Assembly (NCBI GenBank): GCA_035063585.1
Contig: JAPSGB010000004.1
Span: 32,001-96,000 of the forward strand
Reading direction: 5' to 3'
Length of the DNA: 64,000 nt
Source of the DNA: Polyangiaceae bacterium
Lineage (GTDB): Bacteria; Myxococcota_A; Polyangia; Polyangiales; Polyangiaceae
Below the pieces are notes generated by a model. The model did not search any database, was not told where the DNA came from, and worked only from the letters and a program-made list of their open reading frames with translations. The first letter of the stretch is position 1. Each line of letters opens with the position of its first letter. The position numbers were made by a program, and so were the translations under genes. Positions 20,377-29,943 of this stretch are shown here, in pieces.

Positions 20377-20551
20377 CTTGTAATATCTGCTAAAAAGCCA
20401 GTAAAATCGGAAGGTAATGACCTCGAGGCGGCCGCGTCCACGCGGAAGCTGCATCGCTCGAGTGCGATTTCTGCAGCTGGCCCGACGGAACGCAAGGGGG
20501 CGATCGAAATCCCCCCGCCCTACGCTGCTGTGCCACGGTGGGCGCGCCGCG

Positions 20552-22198
20552 ATGACCGACGCCGGCTCGCTCGTCCCCGATCTGCTCCACCCGGCTCCCG
20601 CGTGCCGGCTCGACCGGGAGCGCACGCGCGTCGCTCTCGAGTTGGCGTTCGCCGGGGGCCCGGCGAGCGCGCTCTTCGAGGAGGCGCTCAGCACGGCCTC
20701 CCTCGCGCCGAGCCGGTGGGAGCCGGGGTGCTTCGCCGGCGATCTCTTCCTCACGCGCTTCGTCGCCGGCTGCCTCAAGCTCCGCATCGGGACCGCGGAG
20801 CTCGCGCCGAGCGTCCCCCAGCTCTGCAGACTGCTCGGAAACCCGCCGGCGGAGCGCAGCGTCGTCGAGTTTCGCCGCGCCGTCCTCGGTGAGCTCGCCA
20901 GCACACCAGCGCTTCGCAGCGCGCTCGAGCAGCTCTATTTGCACCTCGCGCGTCTGAAGACGCTGCTCGAGAACCCGGAGGGGATCCAGGACTTCGATCC
21001 TCAGCGCCGCCAGCTCGACGTGCTCGCCGCCCTGAAGGAAGTCATCGAGCGAGCCGCGACGGGCTTTGGCGGGAGTGGGACCGGGCTCGCCCGCCTCACG
21101 GAGTACGGGCGCCGAGTCCGCGAGAGCGAGCCGTATCGCTCGCTCTCCGATCTCCTCCGCTACGACGAGAACATGGCGACGCTCGACCTGCGGGTCGGGA
21201 TCGGCGCGGACGGAAGGATCCGCGGGCTCAGCATCACCGCGGTCGAAGAGGATCGACAGAACGTCTTCTCGCTCCCCGCCTGGCGTCGCTGGCTCGCGAA
21301 GGTGGAGCTCTTCGCACGTGGCTATCGCATGAGCGACGGAGAGCTCATGGCGCGGCTCATCGACGCGGTATTCAGCGGCGTCGCGCATGAGCTCATCGCG
21401 CTCATCCAACTCCACCGCGACCTCGAATTTTACCTCGGCGCGCTCGGCTTCCGCGACGCCGCGCGCGCCGCGGGGCTCGAGATGTGTCTCCCCGAGCTCG
21501 TCGAGGCGAGCGAGCCGCGCGAGCTCATCGGGCTCTATAACCCGCTCCTCTTGATGAGCGGCATCCAGCCGGTGCCCTGCGACCTTCGCACCCGCACCAT
21601 GACCACGACCGTGCTCGTCACCGGTCCCAACTCCGGCGGCAAGACACGGCTCTTGCAGTCGGTCGGGCTCGCTCAGCTCCTCGCGCAGTCAGGCCTCTTC
21701 ATCCCGGCGCGCGCCGGGAAGGTGGCGCTCGCGAGCGCGCTGCTCGTGTCGCTCATCCAAGTCGCGAGCGCAGAGCAGGCCGAGGGCCGCCTCGGCATGG
21801 AGCTCATCCGCATCCGCGACTTGTTCGAGCGCTTGTCACCGGGCGCCATGGTGCTGCTCGACGAGCTCTGCTCGGGCACCAACCCCTCCGAGGGAGAGGA
21901 AATCTTCGAGCTCGTGGTCGAGAAACTGAGCCGCCTCGAGCCACAGGCGTTCATCACGACGCACTTTCTCGCCTTCGCCGCGCGCCTCGAGCAGGAGCAA
22001 AAGTACGACTCCCTCGCGTTCCTCCAGGTGGAGCTCGAGCAAGGGAGCCCGACTTATCAATTCGCGCCGGGCGTCGCGAGCACCTCGCTCGCGGGTCAGG
22101 CCGCCGAGCGACTGGGCGTCACGGGCGAGCAGCTCGAGGCCCTCGTCGAGCGCAGCCTCGCTCGAGACCGAGGCGCCTCCTCGGGCCACCGGAGCTAG
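20552..22198 (+). CDS. MutS-related ATPase lacking recognisable mismatch-binding and Smr domains
   Basis: GPNSGGKT, LLDELCSGT, TTHF, YQFAPG...SLA...AERLG. Confidence 0.85.
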   Translation: MTDAGSLVPDLLHPAPACRLDRERTRVALELAFAGGPASALFEEALSTASLAPSRWEPGCFAGDLFLTRFVAGCLKLRIGTAELAPSVPQLCRLLGNPPAERSVVEFRRAVLGELASTPALRSALEQLYLHLARLKTLLENPEGIQDFDPQRRQLDVLAALKEVIERAATGFGGSGTGLARLTEYGRRVRESEPYRSLSDLLRYDENMATLDLRVGIGADGRIRGLSITAVEEDRQNVFSLPAWRRWLAKVELFARGYRMSDGELMARLIDAVFSGVAHELIALIQLHRDLEFYLGALGFRDAARAAGLEMCLPELVEASEPRELIGLYNPLLLMSGIQPVPCDLRTRTMTTTVLVTGPNSGGKTRLLQSVGLAQLLAQSGLFIPARAGKVALASALLVSLIQVASAEQAEGRLGMELIRIRDLFERLSPGAMVLLDELCSGTNPSEGEEIFELVVEKLSRLEPQAFITTHFLAFAARLEQEQKYDSLAFLQVELEQGSPTYQFAPGVASTSLAGQAAERLGVTGEQLEALVERSLARDRGASSGHRS

Positions 22199-22204
22199 CG
22201 CGAG

Positions 22205-23161
22205 ATGCCGACGCTCCTCGTCACGCGCAAGATGCCGCGTGAGCTCGCCGAGCGCGTTCGCGCGAGCGTCGGCGGGCAGGGTGATCGCCGCGCTCGACGC
22301 CGCTCCCGGCTCACCGCGCTCGTTCGTTTCGCGCTCGTCGTACTCCTCGTCGCGGCGGTCACCCAGATCGTGCTCGTCACGCGGCGCGCCCGGCTCGAGC
22401 TCGAGCGCGTGCGGGCGACTCTGCTCGAGCGCGTGCGTAGCGAGGCCGCGACGCTGGAACCCGAGGTTCGCCGCGTCCGCGCGCGGGTGGAGCCCTGGCT
22501 CATGCGCTTCGAGGGAGCTTACGAGGGGGATCGGATCTCGCCTGAGCTCGCTCACGAGGGCGCGCTCGACCGGGCGCTCGGGCGACCGAGCCTCTACGTG
22601 CGAGGCGCGCTCTCGCGCCTCTCCGCCGACGCGCCGGAGTCTTACCCGGACGCCTTCGTCCTCTGCCTCGTGAAGCCGCCCGGCGACCGCACCGAGAAGT
22701 CGCTCCGTGCCATGGCCCGCGCCGCCGCGACGAGCAGAGGGCTCGAGCCAGCGCGCGGATTCGCGCGCTACGGAGACGCGCTCGTCGTCTTGCCGCTGCT
22801 CGAGCCGGGCTTTCGCGCGCGCGTCTCGGCGACCGGAGATCTCGCGGCGCTCGAGCTCCTAGGCCAGGCCTTCGACCACGCGCCGCTGGCGAGCGCGAGG
22901 CGAGCCGCTCGGGCCGAGCAGCTCCTCATCGTGGTGGACGAGCCCGGCGCGGGGAGTGCGCCCTCCGAGCTCGACGGTGAGCGGCCGCACCCGGTGCGCG
23001 TCGGCTTGGTCGATCTCACGAAGAACGAGGTGCTCCTCCGCTTGAGGAGATCGGTCGACCCTTCGTGGGCCTCCCCGGCTGCGCGCGCGCAGCACGCCCG
23101 CGGGATGGACGGCTGCATGCTCGCGCTCGACGTCCGCGCGGCGGTTCGCGACGCACGCTGA
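22205..23161 (+). CDS. Hypothetical single-pass membrane protein
   Basis: ATG 6 nt after the MutS-like stop; one TM; host-like codon usage. Confidence 0.7.
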   Translation: MPTLLVTRKMPRELAERVRASVGGQGDRRARRRSRLTALVRFALVVLLVAAVTQIVLVTRRARLELERVRATLLERVRSEAATLEPEVRRVRARVEPWLMRFEGAYEGDRISPELAHEGALDRALGRPSLYVRGALSRLSADAPESYPDAFVLCLVKPPGDRTEKSLRAMARAAATSRGLEPARGFARYGDALVVLPLLEPGFRARVSATGDLAALELLGQAFDHAPLASARRAARAEQLLIVVDEPGAGSAPSELDGERPHPVRVGLVDLTKNEVLLRLRRSVDPSWASPAARAQHARGMDGCMLALDVRAAVRDAR

Positions 23162-23237
23162 GCTCAGCCGGGCACGGTCGGGCTCGTGGCTCGCGTGGCT
23201 TGTCCGGTTCGCCGGTTCGGCGCGGCCGGCGGCGCGG

Positions 23238-24719
23238 TCAGGGCTTGGGCACGACCCGCACGTGGTGTTCGGCGACCGACGGATCGGTCGTCACGCTCAC
23301 GATACCCGTCGCCGCGTCGACCGTGACCGTGCCGCTCGGGTCCGTCGGCAGCTCGACGTCGAAGCCCGCTGGGTAGGTGCGCGCGGGGATCACGAGCTCG
23401 GTCGGGCCCGTCACGCCGTCGCGCTGCTCGAAGGTGAGCTCGAGCGTGCGAGTGTCCGGGTCGAATCCGAACGCCACCGGCTCTCCGGCGATCGCGCGCG
23501 GATAGGGCCGCACGACGAGGTCTGTGACGGGGTTGTCGGTGCCGTCCTCCGCGTGGAGCGCCGAGCCGCCCGCCGGGCCCGAGTCATATGCCCAGTACGC
23601 CCAGCCGATCTGCATCCGATCGGCCATGGCGAGGGTTTTCGCGACGAAGGCCGGCGCGTTGGGATCTTCCCACTTGAACGCCCACCACTCGCCGAGCAGC
23701 ATGGGGCAATCCTGGCGCGCGAGGTCCACCGTGCGCTGCTCTTCCCAGAGCGATACGGTCTGGTCCTTGGCGCTGAAGCTCCCGCTCGCTTCGGCCGCCG
23801 ACGAGTAGAGGTGCGGGGCGTACACGATGCGCGGCTCGCCGTTACGCGGGTCGGCGAGCTTCGGCAAGTACGATGGAGAGCCATTGGCAGGAGCGCCGTA
23901 GCGCGGCTCGATGAAGATCCAGTGATCGCGATCGACCGTGCGGATCGCCCGGATCATGCGCTCGTAAAAGGTGGCGAACTGATTCTCGTCGAAGCGCTTC
24001 GAGGAGCCGCCGTCGTCCGGAGACTTTCGGAAGAGCGCCTCGGCCGCGTCGAACTCGGAGCCCGGGAAGGGCTCGTTCATGAGGTCGTAGCCGATGACGT
24101 TCTCGTCCCCGGCGAACCTCTTCGCGAGCGCTTGCCACACCCCGGCGTAGTGTTGCTGTAGATCCGTGTGGGGCCCTTCGAGCGCCCAAAAATTATCGAA
24201 AGCACGCTCGACAGCGGGCTGAAAGTAGTTGAGCGCCCAGAGCTCCTGGAGCTCGAAGGGCTGCCCGTCGTCGCGGATCGCCCAGTCGGGAGCGCCGTCG
24301 CAGCAGAATTTCCGCGCGTAAACGTCCTGATGCATGTCGAGCATCACACGCACGCCCGCCGCGCCGAACCGCTCGACGTCGGCGGCGATGCGCTCGATGT
24401 ACGCGGCGTCGATGTTCCCGGGCGTCGGCTCGAGCGCGTCCCACAGGACGAGGTAGCGCACGAAGTTGAAGCCCCACGCGCGCGCGATCCGGTCGATGTC
24501 TTCATCAGTCACGTTGGGGGAGCGCAGCGCGTCGTTCTTCGCGCTGTTGCTCACGTTGACGCCGCGCAAGATGAGCGCGCGCCCCTGGGCATCGGTGATG
24601 AAGCGCGGGCCGGCTGGCAGCTGCGACGGAGCGGAGCCCTCCGGGGAGGGGCTGCAGCCTGCGGCGAGCAACGCCATGACGGCGCCGAGGCGGCGCGGAA
24701 GGTTCAGCACGAGCGTCAT
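23238..24719 (-). CDS. GH5 endoglycoceramidase-like glycoside hydrolase lipoprotein
   Basis: Lipobox AAG-C, ILRGVN, DMHQD, YDLMNEP (acid/base), LLGEW (nucleophile), RPYPRAIAG. Start uncertain (24761/24719). Confidence 0.85.
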   Translation of the reverse strand: MTLVLNLPRRLGAVMALLAAGCSPSPEGSAPSQLPAGPRFITDAQGRALILRGVNVSNSAKNDALRSPNVTDEDIDRIARAWGFNFVRYLVLWDALEPTPGNIDAAYIERIAADVERFGAAGVRVMLDMHQDVYARKFCCDGAPDWAIRDDGQPFELQELWALNYFQPAVERAFDNFWALEGPHTDLQQHYAGVWQALAKRFAGDENVIGYDLMNEPFPGSEFDAAEALFRKSPDDGGSSKRFDENQFATFYERMIRAIRTVDRDHWIFIEPRYGAPANGSPSYLPKLADPRNGEPRIVYAPHLYSSAAEASGSFSAKDQTVSLWEEQRTVDLARQDCPMLLGEWWAFKWEDPNAPAFVAKTLAMADRMQIGWAYWAYDSGPAGGSALHAEDGTDNPVTDLVVRPYPRAIAGEPVAFGFDPDTRTLELTFEQRDGVTGPTELVIPARTYPAGFDVELPTDPSGTVTVDAATGIVSVTTDPSVAEHHVRVVPKP

Positions 24720-24891
24720 GCTAGGCCAGGATGCGGCGGCCAGACGACCCAATTGCGCCATGCGCGAGCCGCGAGCGAGGTGAGCGAGCGCGAGGGCCCT
24801 CGTGGGCGAAAGGAATCGCTGGCGCGGGAGGACGCGTAGCCGGGCTGCGGCGCGCCCCCGGGCGCGTCGGCTCGCAGCGGTCAGGCCGCGG

Positions 24892-24910
24892 GATTCCGCG
24901 CCGGACCGAC
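24892..24910 (+). repeat. Dispersed REP-like repeat copy
   Basis: GATTCCGCGCCGGACCGAC, intergenic. Confidence 0.7.
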
Positions 24911-24999
24911 CCCCCGCGAAGCCAGCTGCCGGCTGGCTCGGGCGGTTGCGACGGCGCTCCGTTCTCGCTGCTTCGGCCGGTCCTGCTGCGGTCTTGGTG

Positions 25000-25420
25000 C
25001 TTGCTCGGCGCCGCCACGCTCGCGCTCCGCGAGGGCGCCATCAACCTCCCACGCCCGGGCCTGGCGCGCCCCGGTGCGGACCGCCGCCGCGCCTGGCACA
25101 CAGGCCTCGTCGCTGGCCCCACGCGGTCCGCTCGCCACCGGCGCGGACTCGCCGGCGCGCGAGGCCATCGGCCCTCGAAGTTCAGCTGTACGAGCGCGAG
25201 CGCGATTGGCGCGATGAGTTCGAGTCCACGTAGAAGACTGGGGTCGGACGAGCTGGTCGTGACCGAGGACGGCAAGGTCGCCGACCGTTTCCCGACGGGC
25301 GGCGGCAGCGGCATCGAGCGCATCTCTGACCTCGACGGCGACGGTCGCGACGAGCGGATCTTCAGCGGCGCCTTCACGGGGCAAGGCGTCACGGAGTCCT
25401 CCGCCAGTCTTTTCGCGTCG
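25000..25420 (+). pseudogene. Possible degraded gene fragment with a DLDGDGRDE Ca-binding-loop motif
   Basis: Protein-like stretch ELVVTEDGKVADRF...ISDLDGDGRDERIFSGAFTGQG without a credible start, flanked by junk-like sequence. Boundaries approximate. Confidence 0.3.
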
Positions 25421-25529
25421 TCGCTCCCACGCGGCGGGCATACCTCGTCGCTGCCACCGCGCGGTCGCTTCCGCCTACCCCGCGGCTACGCACCTCAGGC
25501 TACGCGTGGCATGCTCGGGGAGACCACCC

Positions 25530-26048
25530 ATGAAGCTCATCGAGCTCGAATACTGCCGCGTCGACACCCCGCTCGGCCGCTTCGTGCTCGCGGCGCGCGA
25601 CGGCGCCCTCGAGGGCGGGTGGTTCGAAGGGCAGAAGTACTTCCCCGCCATCAGCGCCGAGACCGGTTGGCGCGTCGCGACGCCACCGGTACTGGAGCGC
25701 GCGCGCCGCGAGCTCGACGAGTATTTCGCCGGACGTCTGCGACGATTCGAGGTGCCGCTCGCACCCGAAGGCACGCCCTTTCAGGCGCGCGTGTGGCGCG
25801 CGCTCGAGGCCGTCCCGAGCGGCGAGACCGTGAGTTACGCGGAGCTCGCTCGCACCATCGACGCGCCGCGGGCGTTCCACGCGGTCGGAGCGGCGGTCGG
25901 GAGAAATCCGATTTCCATCTTCATCCCATGCCACCGCGCGGTCGGTAGCGACGGGAGCCTCACCGGCTACGCCGGCGGCCTCGACCGCAAGCGGTGGCTG
26001 CTCGCGCACGAGAGCCGTGCGCTGGTCCTGACGGGGCATCCGGCGTAG
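25530..26048 (+). CDS. ogt: Methylated-DNA--protein-cysteine methyltransferase
   Basis: GTPFQARVW, AVGRNP, IPCHR active site, LTGYAGG. Confidence 0.93.
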   Translation: MKLIELEYCRVDTPLGRFVLAARDGALEGGWFEGQKYFPAISAETGWRVATPPVLERARRELDEYFAGRLRRFEVPLAPEGTPFQARVWRALEAVPSGETVSYAELARTIDAPRAFHAVGAAVGRNPISIFIPCHRAVGSDGSLTGYAGGLDRKRWLLAHESRALVLTGHPA

Positions 26049-26095
26049 GCGGGGCACCCGGCGAAGACGCGGCGCGCGACGTGCTAGGTCGAGCC

Positions 26096-27247
26096 ATGGA
26101 CGGACCGCTGATTCTGCTGGAGGCCGGGCCGAACGGTGGCCCGGCGCTCTTCGCCGAGCCGCGGGAGGTCCTCGCCGTGCGGGAGCCCGAGGCGCTCGCG
26201 CCCGCGCTTGCCCGGCTCGACGCGGCGCGCGCGGAGGGGCGATACGTCGCAGGCTTCATCGCCTATGAGGCGGCCTATGCGCTCGCGCCTCGGCTCGCGC
26301 CCCTGTCGCGCGGCGAGGGTCCGCTCCTCGTCATGGGGGTGTTCGACGAGCCGCGCGACGCGAGCAGGCTCCTGGCTCGCGCAGACACCGAGGCGTCCCG
26401 CGCGCGGATGACCGCGCCCGAGCCGCGGGTCTGCCGCGCCGAGCACGCCCGCGCGCTCGCCGGCGTGAAGGCTCACATTCTGGCGGGCGACTGCTATCAG
26501 GTAAATCTCACCTTTCCCCTCTCCGCGCAGCGAGTTACCGGCACCGATCTTGGTCTCTACGGCGCGCTCAGGAGAGCTGCGACGCCCGGGCATGGAGCGT
26601 ACGTCGCGCTCGGCAGAGGCCCGGTCGTCATCTCATGCTCGCCGGAGCTCTTCTTTCGAGTGGGCTCGCGCGGTAACATCACGGCCCGGCCCATGAAGGG
26701 CACCCGCCCCCGTGACCCGGATCCGGAGATCGACGCGCGCCTCGCCTTCGAGCTCGCGACGAGCGTGAAGGATCGCGCCGAGAACCTGATGATCGTCGAT
26801 CTCCTCCGGAGCGATCTCGGTCGGCTGGCGCGCGCGGGCTCGGTGCGTGTCCCGCAGCTCTATGCCGTCGAGCGCTACCCGACCGTCCACCAGATGACCT
26901 CCACCATAACCGCTGAGCTGTCCGCGCCGGCCGCCCTCACCCGGCTCCTGCCAGCGCTCTTCCCTTGCGGCTCGATCACCGGGGCGCCCAAGCTGCGCGC
27001 GATGGAGATCATCGCCGCGCTCGAGCCCGAGCCGCGCGGCGTCTATTGCGGGGCGATTGGCTGGATGGCGCCCGATGGCGGCGCAGACTTCTCGGTCGCG
27101 ATCCGGACCTTGGCGGTCACGGGAGACGAGCTCACCTTGAACGTGGGCGGCGGTGTGGTGGCGGACTCGACCGCCGACGGTGAGTGGGAGGAGGCGCTAT
27201 GGAAGGCTCGCTTCGCGGGCTCGGCGGTGACCCCGAGCTGCGGCTGA
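26096..27247 (+). CDS. pabB: Aminodeoxychorismate synthase component I
   Basis: GDCYQVN, SPELFF, PMKGT, ENLMIVDLLR, FPCGSITGAPK. Confidence 0.92.
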   Translation: MDGPLILLEAGPNGGPALFAEPREVLAVREPEALAPALARLDAARAEGRYVAGFIAYEAAYALAPRLAPLSRGEGPLLVMGVFDEPRDASRLLARADTEASRARMTAPEPRVCRAEHARALAGVKAHILAGDCYQVNLTFPLSAQRVTGTDLGLYGALRRAATPGHGAYVALGRGPVVISCSPELFFRVGSRGNITARPMKGTRPRDPDPEIDARLAFELATSVKDRAENLMIVDLLRSDLGRLARAGSVRVPQLYAVERYPTVHQMTSTITAELSAPAALTRLLPALFPCGSITGAPKLRAMEIIAALEPEPRGVYCGAIGWMAPDGGADFSVAIRTLAVTGDELTLNVGGGVVADSTADGEWEEALWKARFAGSAVTPSCG

Positions 27248-27843
27248 TCGAGACGTTCGCGGGTGACGCCCCCGAACAGCGGCTCGCACGACACCTCACC
27301 CGCATGGCGCGGGGCGCGGCGCGCCTCGGCTGGCCGTTCGACGCGGCGCGCGCGCGCGCCGCGCTCGACGGGACCCGAAGCCGGACCCTGCGCGTACGGC
27401 TGACGCTCGACCGCACCGGCGACCTCCGCGTGGAGAGCTCCGCGCTCCCGCCGCGGTCGTCGCTCTGGCGGGTCGCGGTCGCGAGCGAGCGGCTCGAATC
27501 GGCCGATCCTTGGCTCGCGCTGAAGTCGACCCGGCGCGCCCCGCACGAGCGAGCCCGCGCGGGGCGCGCTCCGGGGATCGACGAAGTGCTCCTCCTGAAT
27601 GAACGCGGCGAGGTCTGCGAGGGCGGCATCTCGACCCTCTTCTTCGATCGCGGCGACGGCCTCCGCACGCCCCCCGTCTCGTGCGGGCTACTCCCCGGGG
27701 TGCTGCGCGAGGAGCTCCTCTCGCGCGGCGCGCGCGAAGAGTTGCTGCTCGCCAGCGAGCTTGCGAGCGTGCGTCTCTGGATGGGAAACTCGCTGCGCGG
27801 GCTCATCCCCGCGGAGCTCGAGCGAGCGCAGCCCGCGCGCTGA
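27199..27843 (+). CDS. pabC: Aminotransferase class IV / 4-amino-4-deoxychorismate lyase
   Basis: LIETF, HLTRM, LKST.R, LLNERGEVCEG, GLLPGVLR, GNSLRG; overlaps pabB by 49 nt. Confidence 0.8.
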   Translation: MEGSLRGLGGDPELRLIETFAGDAPEQRLARHLTRMARGAARLGWPFDAARARAALDGTRSRTLRVRLTLDRTGDLRVESSALPPRSSLWRVAVASERLESADPWLALKSTRRAPHERARAGRAPGIDEVLLLNERGEVCEGGISTLFFDRGDGLRTPPVSCGLLPGVLREELLSRGAREELLLASELASVRLWMGNSLRGLIPAELERAQPAR

Positions 27844-27913
27844 AGACCTGCCGCGCTCTCTTCGAGCCGAGACGAGGGCCTGTCGGACCGGCGCGCGACC
27901 GCTCGCCGCGCGT

Positions 27914-28768
27914 TCAGGCGCGCAGCGTGATCGCGGCGTTCGAGATGACCGGCTTCTGGCGCTCCTTGCAGTCGACCTCGAGCACGATGCGCTCGCCCTC
28001 CCGCCAGTAGCGAGTGACCAGCGTCTCACCGGGGAAAACCACCCCGCGGAAGCGCGCCGCGTAGCGCGCGACGCGGGTAACGTCCCCGCCGAGCACATGA
28101 TCGACGATCGCCTTGCAGGCGATGCCGTACGAGCAGAGGCCGTGCAGGATCGGGCGGTCGAAGCCGCCCATCGCCGCGAACGACGGATCGGCGTGGAGCG
28201 GGTTCTTGTCGCCGCTCAGCCGGTAAAGGAGCGCCTGCTGAGGCAAGGTCGGGGACTCGACCACGCCGTCCGGCTCGCGCGCGGGCGGGAGGTTGCCCGG
28301 CTCGGGGCCGCTCTCACCACCGAAGCCGCCCTCGCCGCGGAGGAAGACCGAGAAGCGGTTCACGAACAAGGGCTCGCCCCGGTCGTCCTCGCTGGTGACG
28401 TCGATGACCACCACCGCGGCCTTGCCCTTGTCATAGATGGCCGCGATCCGCCCGCGGTGGCGCGCGGTCGCGTCGAGCGGGATGGCGCGCATCACCTCGA
28501 TCTCTTGCTCGCCGTGGAGGAGCATCATCGGGTTGAAGTCGAGCCCGGGCACGCCGAGCACGCCGGCGAGCGAGCTGAACACCGGGATCACGGCGAAGCT
28601 CGGCAACACCTTGAGGTGACCCTCATAGGTGTACTCGAGCTCCTTCGGATCGGTGGGCGGGACGCCCGCGCCTACCCCGAGGTGATAGAGGATGACCTGG
28701 TCCGCGTTCCACGAGCTCTGATTCTCCGGGAACTCGAACCCGAGCGCTCTCGAGGGATCTATCGGCAT
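27914..28768 (-). CDS. MaoC-family double hot-dog (R)-enoyl-CoA hydratase
   Basis: LLHGEQ, YRLSGDKNPLHADP, ILHGLC. Confidence 0.92.
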   Translation of the reverse strand: MPIDPSRALGFEFPENQSSWNADQVILYHLGVGAGVPPTDPKELEYTYEGHLKVLPSFAVIPVFSSLAGVLGVPGLDFNPMMLLHGEQEIEVMRAIPLDATARHRGRIAAIYDKGKAAVVVIDVTSEDDRGEPLFVNRFSVFLRGEGGFGGESGPEPGNLPPAREPDGVVESPTLPQQALLYRLSGDKNPLHADPSFAAMGGFDRPILHGLCSYGIACKAIVDHVLGGDVTRVARYAARFRGVVFPGETLVTRYWREGERIVLEVDCKERQKPVISNAAITLRA

Positions 28769-28826
28769 ACGCGGCACTCTAGCCACCGCGGCCGAAATTC
28801 GGAAGCCCTTCCGGGCGGCGCCCGGG

Positions 28827-29939
28827 TCACCCCGACCGAGGGGGGAGCCCCGCCCAGCTCGCGCCGAGCTCGCGCCGATACACGTTCACGTAGAGGTCGG
28901 ACAGGGTGAGGAAGACCGCGACGATGAGCGGTCCGTAGAGGAGGCCCATCACGCCAAACTCGCCGATCCCGCCGAGCACGCTAAGAAAGATGATGAGGTC
29001 GTGCATGCGCGTGCTCCGGCCGATGAGGCGCGTCTTGATGACGTTCTCGATGACGAGCCCCTGTACGGAGCAGAAGGCGAAGAACCCTATCGCGGCCGCT
29101 ACGCGCCCCGTGTAGGCGAGGTAGAGCGCGGCGGGCACGGTGACCACCGAGATGCCGACCAGCGGCAGGAAGGCGAACAGCGTCATGACGGTCCCCCAGA
29201 GCACGGGCGACGGCAGCCCGACCACCGCCATGGCGAGGCCGCCGAGCAGGCCCTGGAGCGCGCTACCAACCCCGTTACCGATCAGGATGCCGCGCGCCAC
29301 GCCGTCGAACTTCCGGGCGAGGAGCTCGCCGTGCGCGTCGGGCAAGGGTGAGAGCGCCTTCACGAACCGTCGCAGCCGGTCCGCGTCGACGAGCAGGTAG
29401 AACACCGCGACCAGGACCACCATGACGTGAAAGAGGAGGCCGAGCGTGCTGCCCACCAGCGCGGTCGTCTCCTTCACGACGCTCGCCGTGAGCCAGTCGC
29501 GCGCGCGGACCGCGGCCTGGGCGAGCTGCTCGTGGTTCACCGGGAGGCCGACCGTATGGAGCACCTCCTCCACGCGCTGACCGACGCTGCTGGCGAACGC
29601 GACGCTGTCGCTCGCGTGCACGCGTCTCGCGAGCGACACGGCCTCCTTGCCGAGGGTGGTCAGCACGAACGCGATCGGGCCTGCGACCACCACCACGATG
29701 AGGGCCGTGACGAGCCCAGAGGCGAGCCACTCGCGCCCGCCCAGGGCGGCGGCGAGCCGCCGCCAGAGCGGGCGGAACATCGCGACCAGGATGAAGGTCA
29801 CCACCAGATCCGGGATGAAGGAGCGGAGCACCAGGAAGAGCCCCGCGAGCGCGAGCGCGAGCAGGGCGAGGAAAAATGGCGGCGCGAGCCGCTTCCGTTC
29901 GGCGCGCTCGCTGAGCGGCGGGGGCTCGTCCAGGGTCAT
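28827..29939 (-). CDS. AI-2E family transporter
   Basis: Multi-TM; QGLLGG, FLPLVG, ENVIK, LGGIGEFGVMGLLYGP. Confidence 0.88.
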   Translation of the reverse strand: MTLDEPPPLSERAERKRLAPPFFLALLALALAGLFLVLRSFIPDLVVTFILVAMFRPLWRRLAAALGGREWLASGLVTALIVVVVAGPIAFVLTTLGKEAVSLARRVHASDSVAFASSVGQRVEEVLHTVGLPVNHEQLAQAAVRARDWLTASVVKETTALVGSTLGLLFHVMVVLVAVFYLLVDADRLRRFVKALSPLPDAHGELLARKFDGVARGILIGNGVGSALQGLLGGLAMAVVGLPSPVLWGTVMTLFAFLPLVGISVVTVPAALYLAYTGRVAAAIGFFAFCSVQGLVIENVIKTRLIGRSTRMHDLIIFLSVLGGIGEFGVMGLLYGPLIVAVFLTLSDLYVNVYRRELGASWAGLPPRSG

Positions 29940-29943
29940 CGTC

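Noticed and set aside
20388..20400. Second sigma54-like site TGGCTTTTTAGCA (minus strand)
   Set aside because: GG-to-GC spacing is 7, not the required 10.
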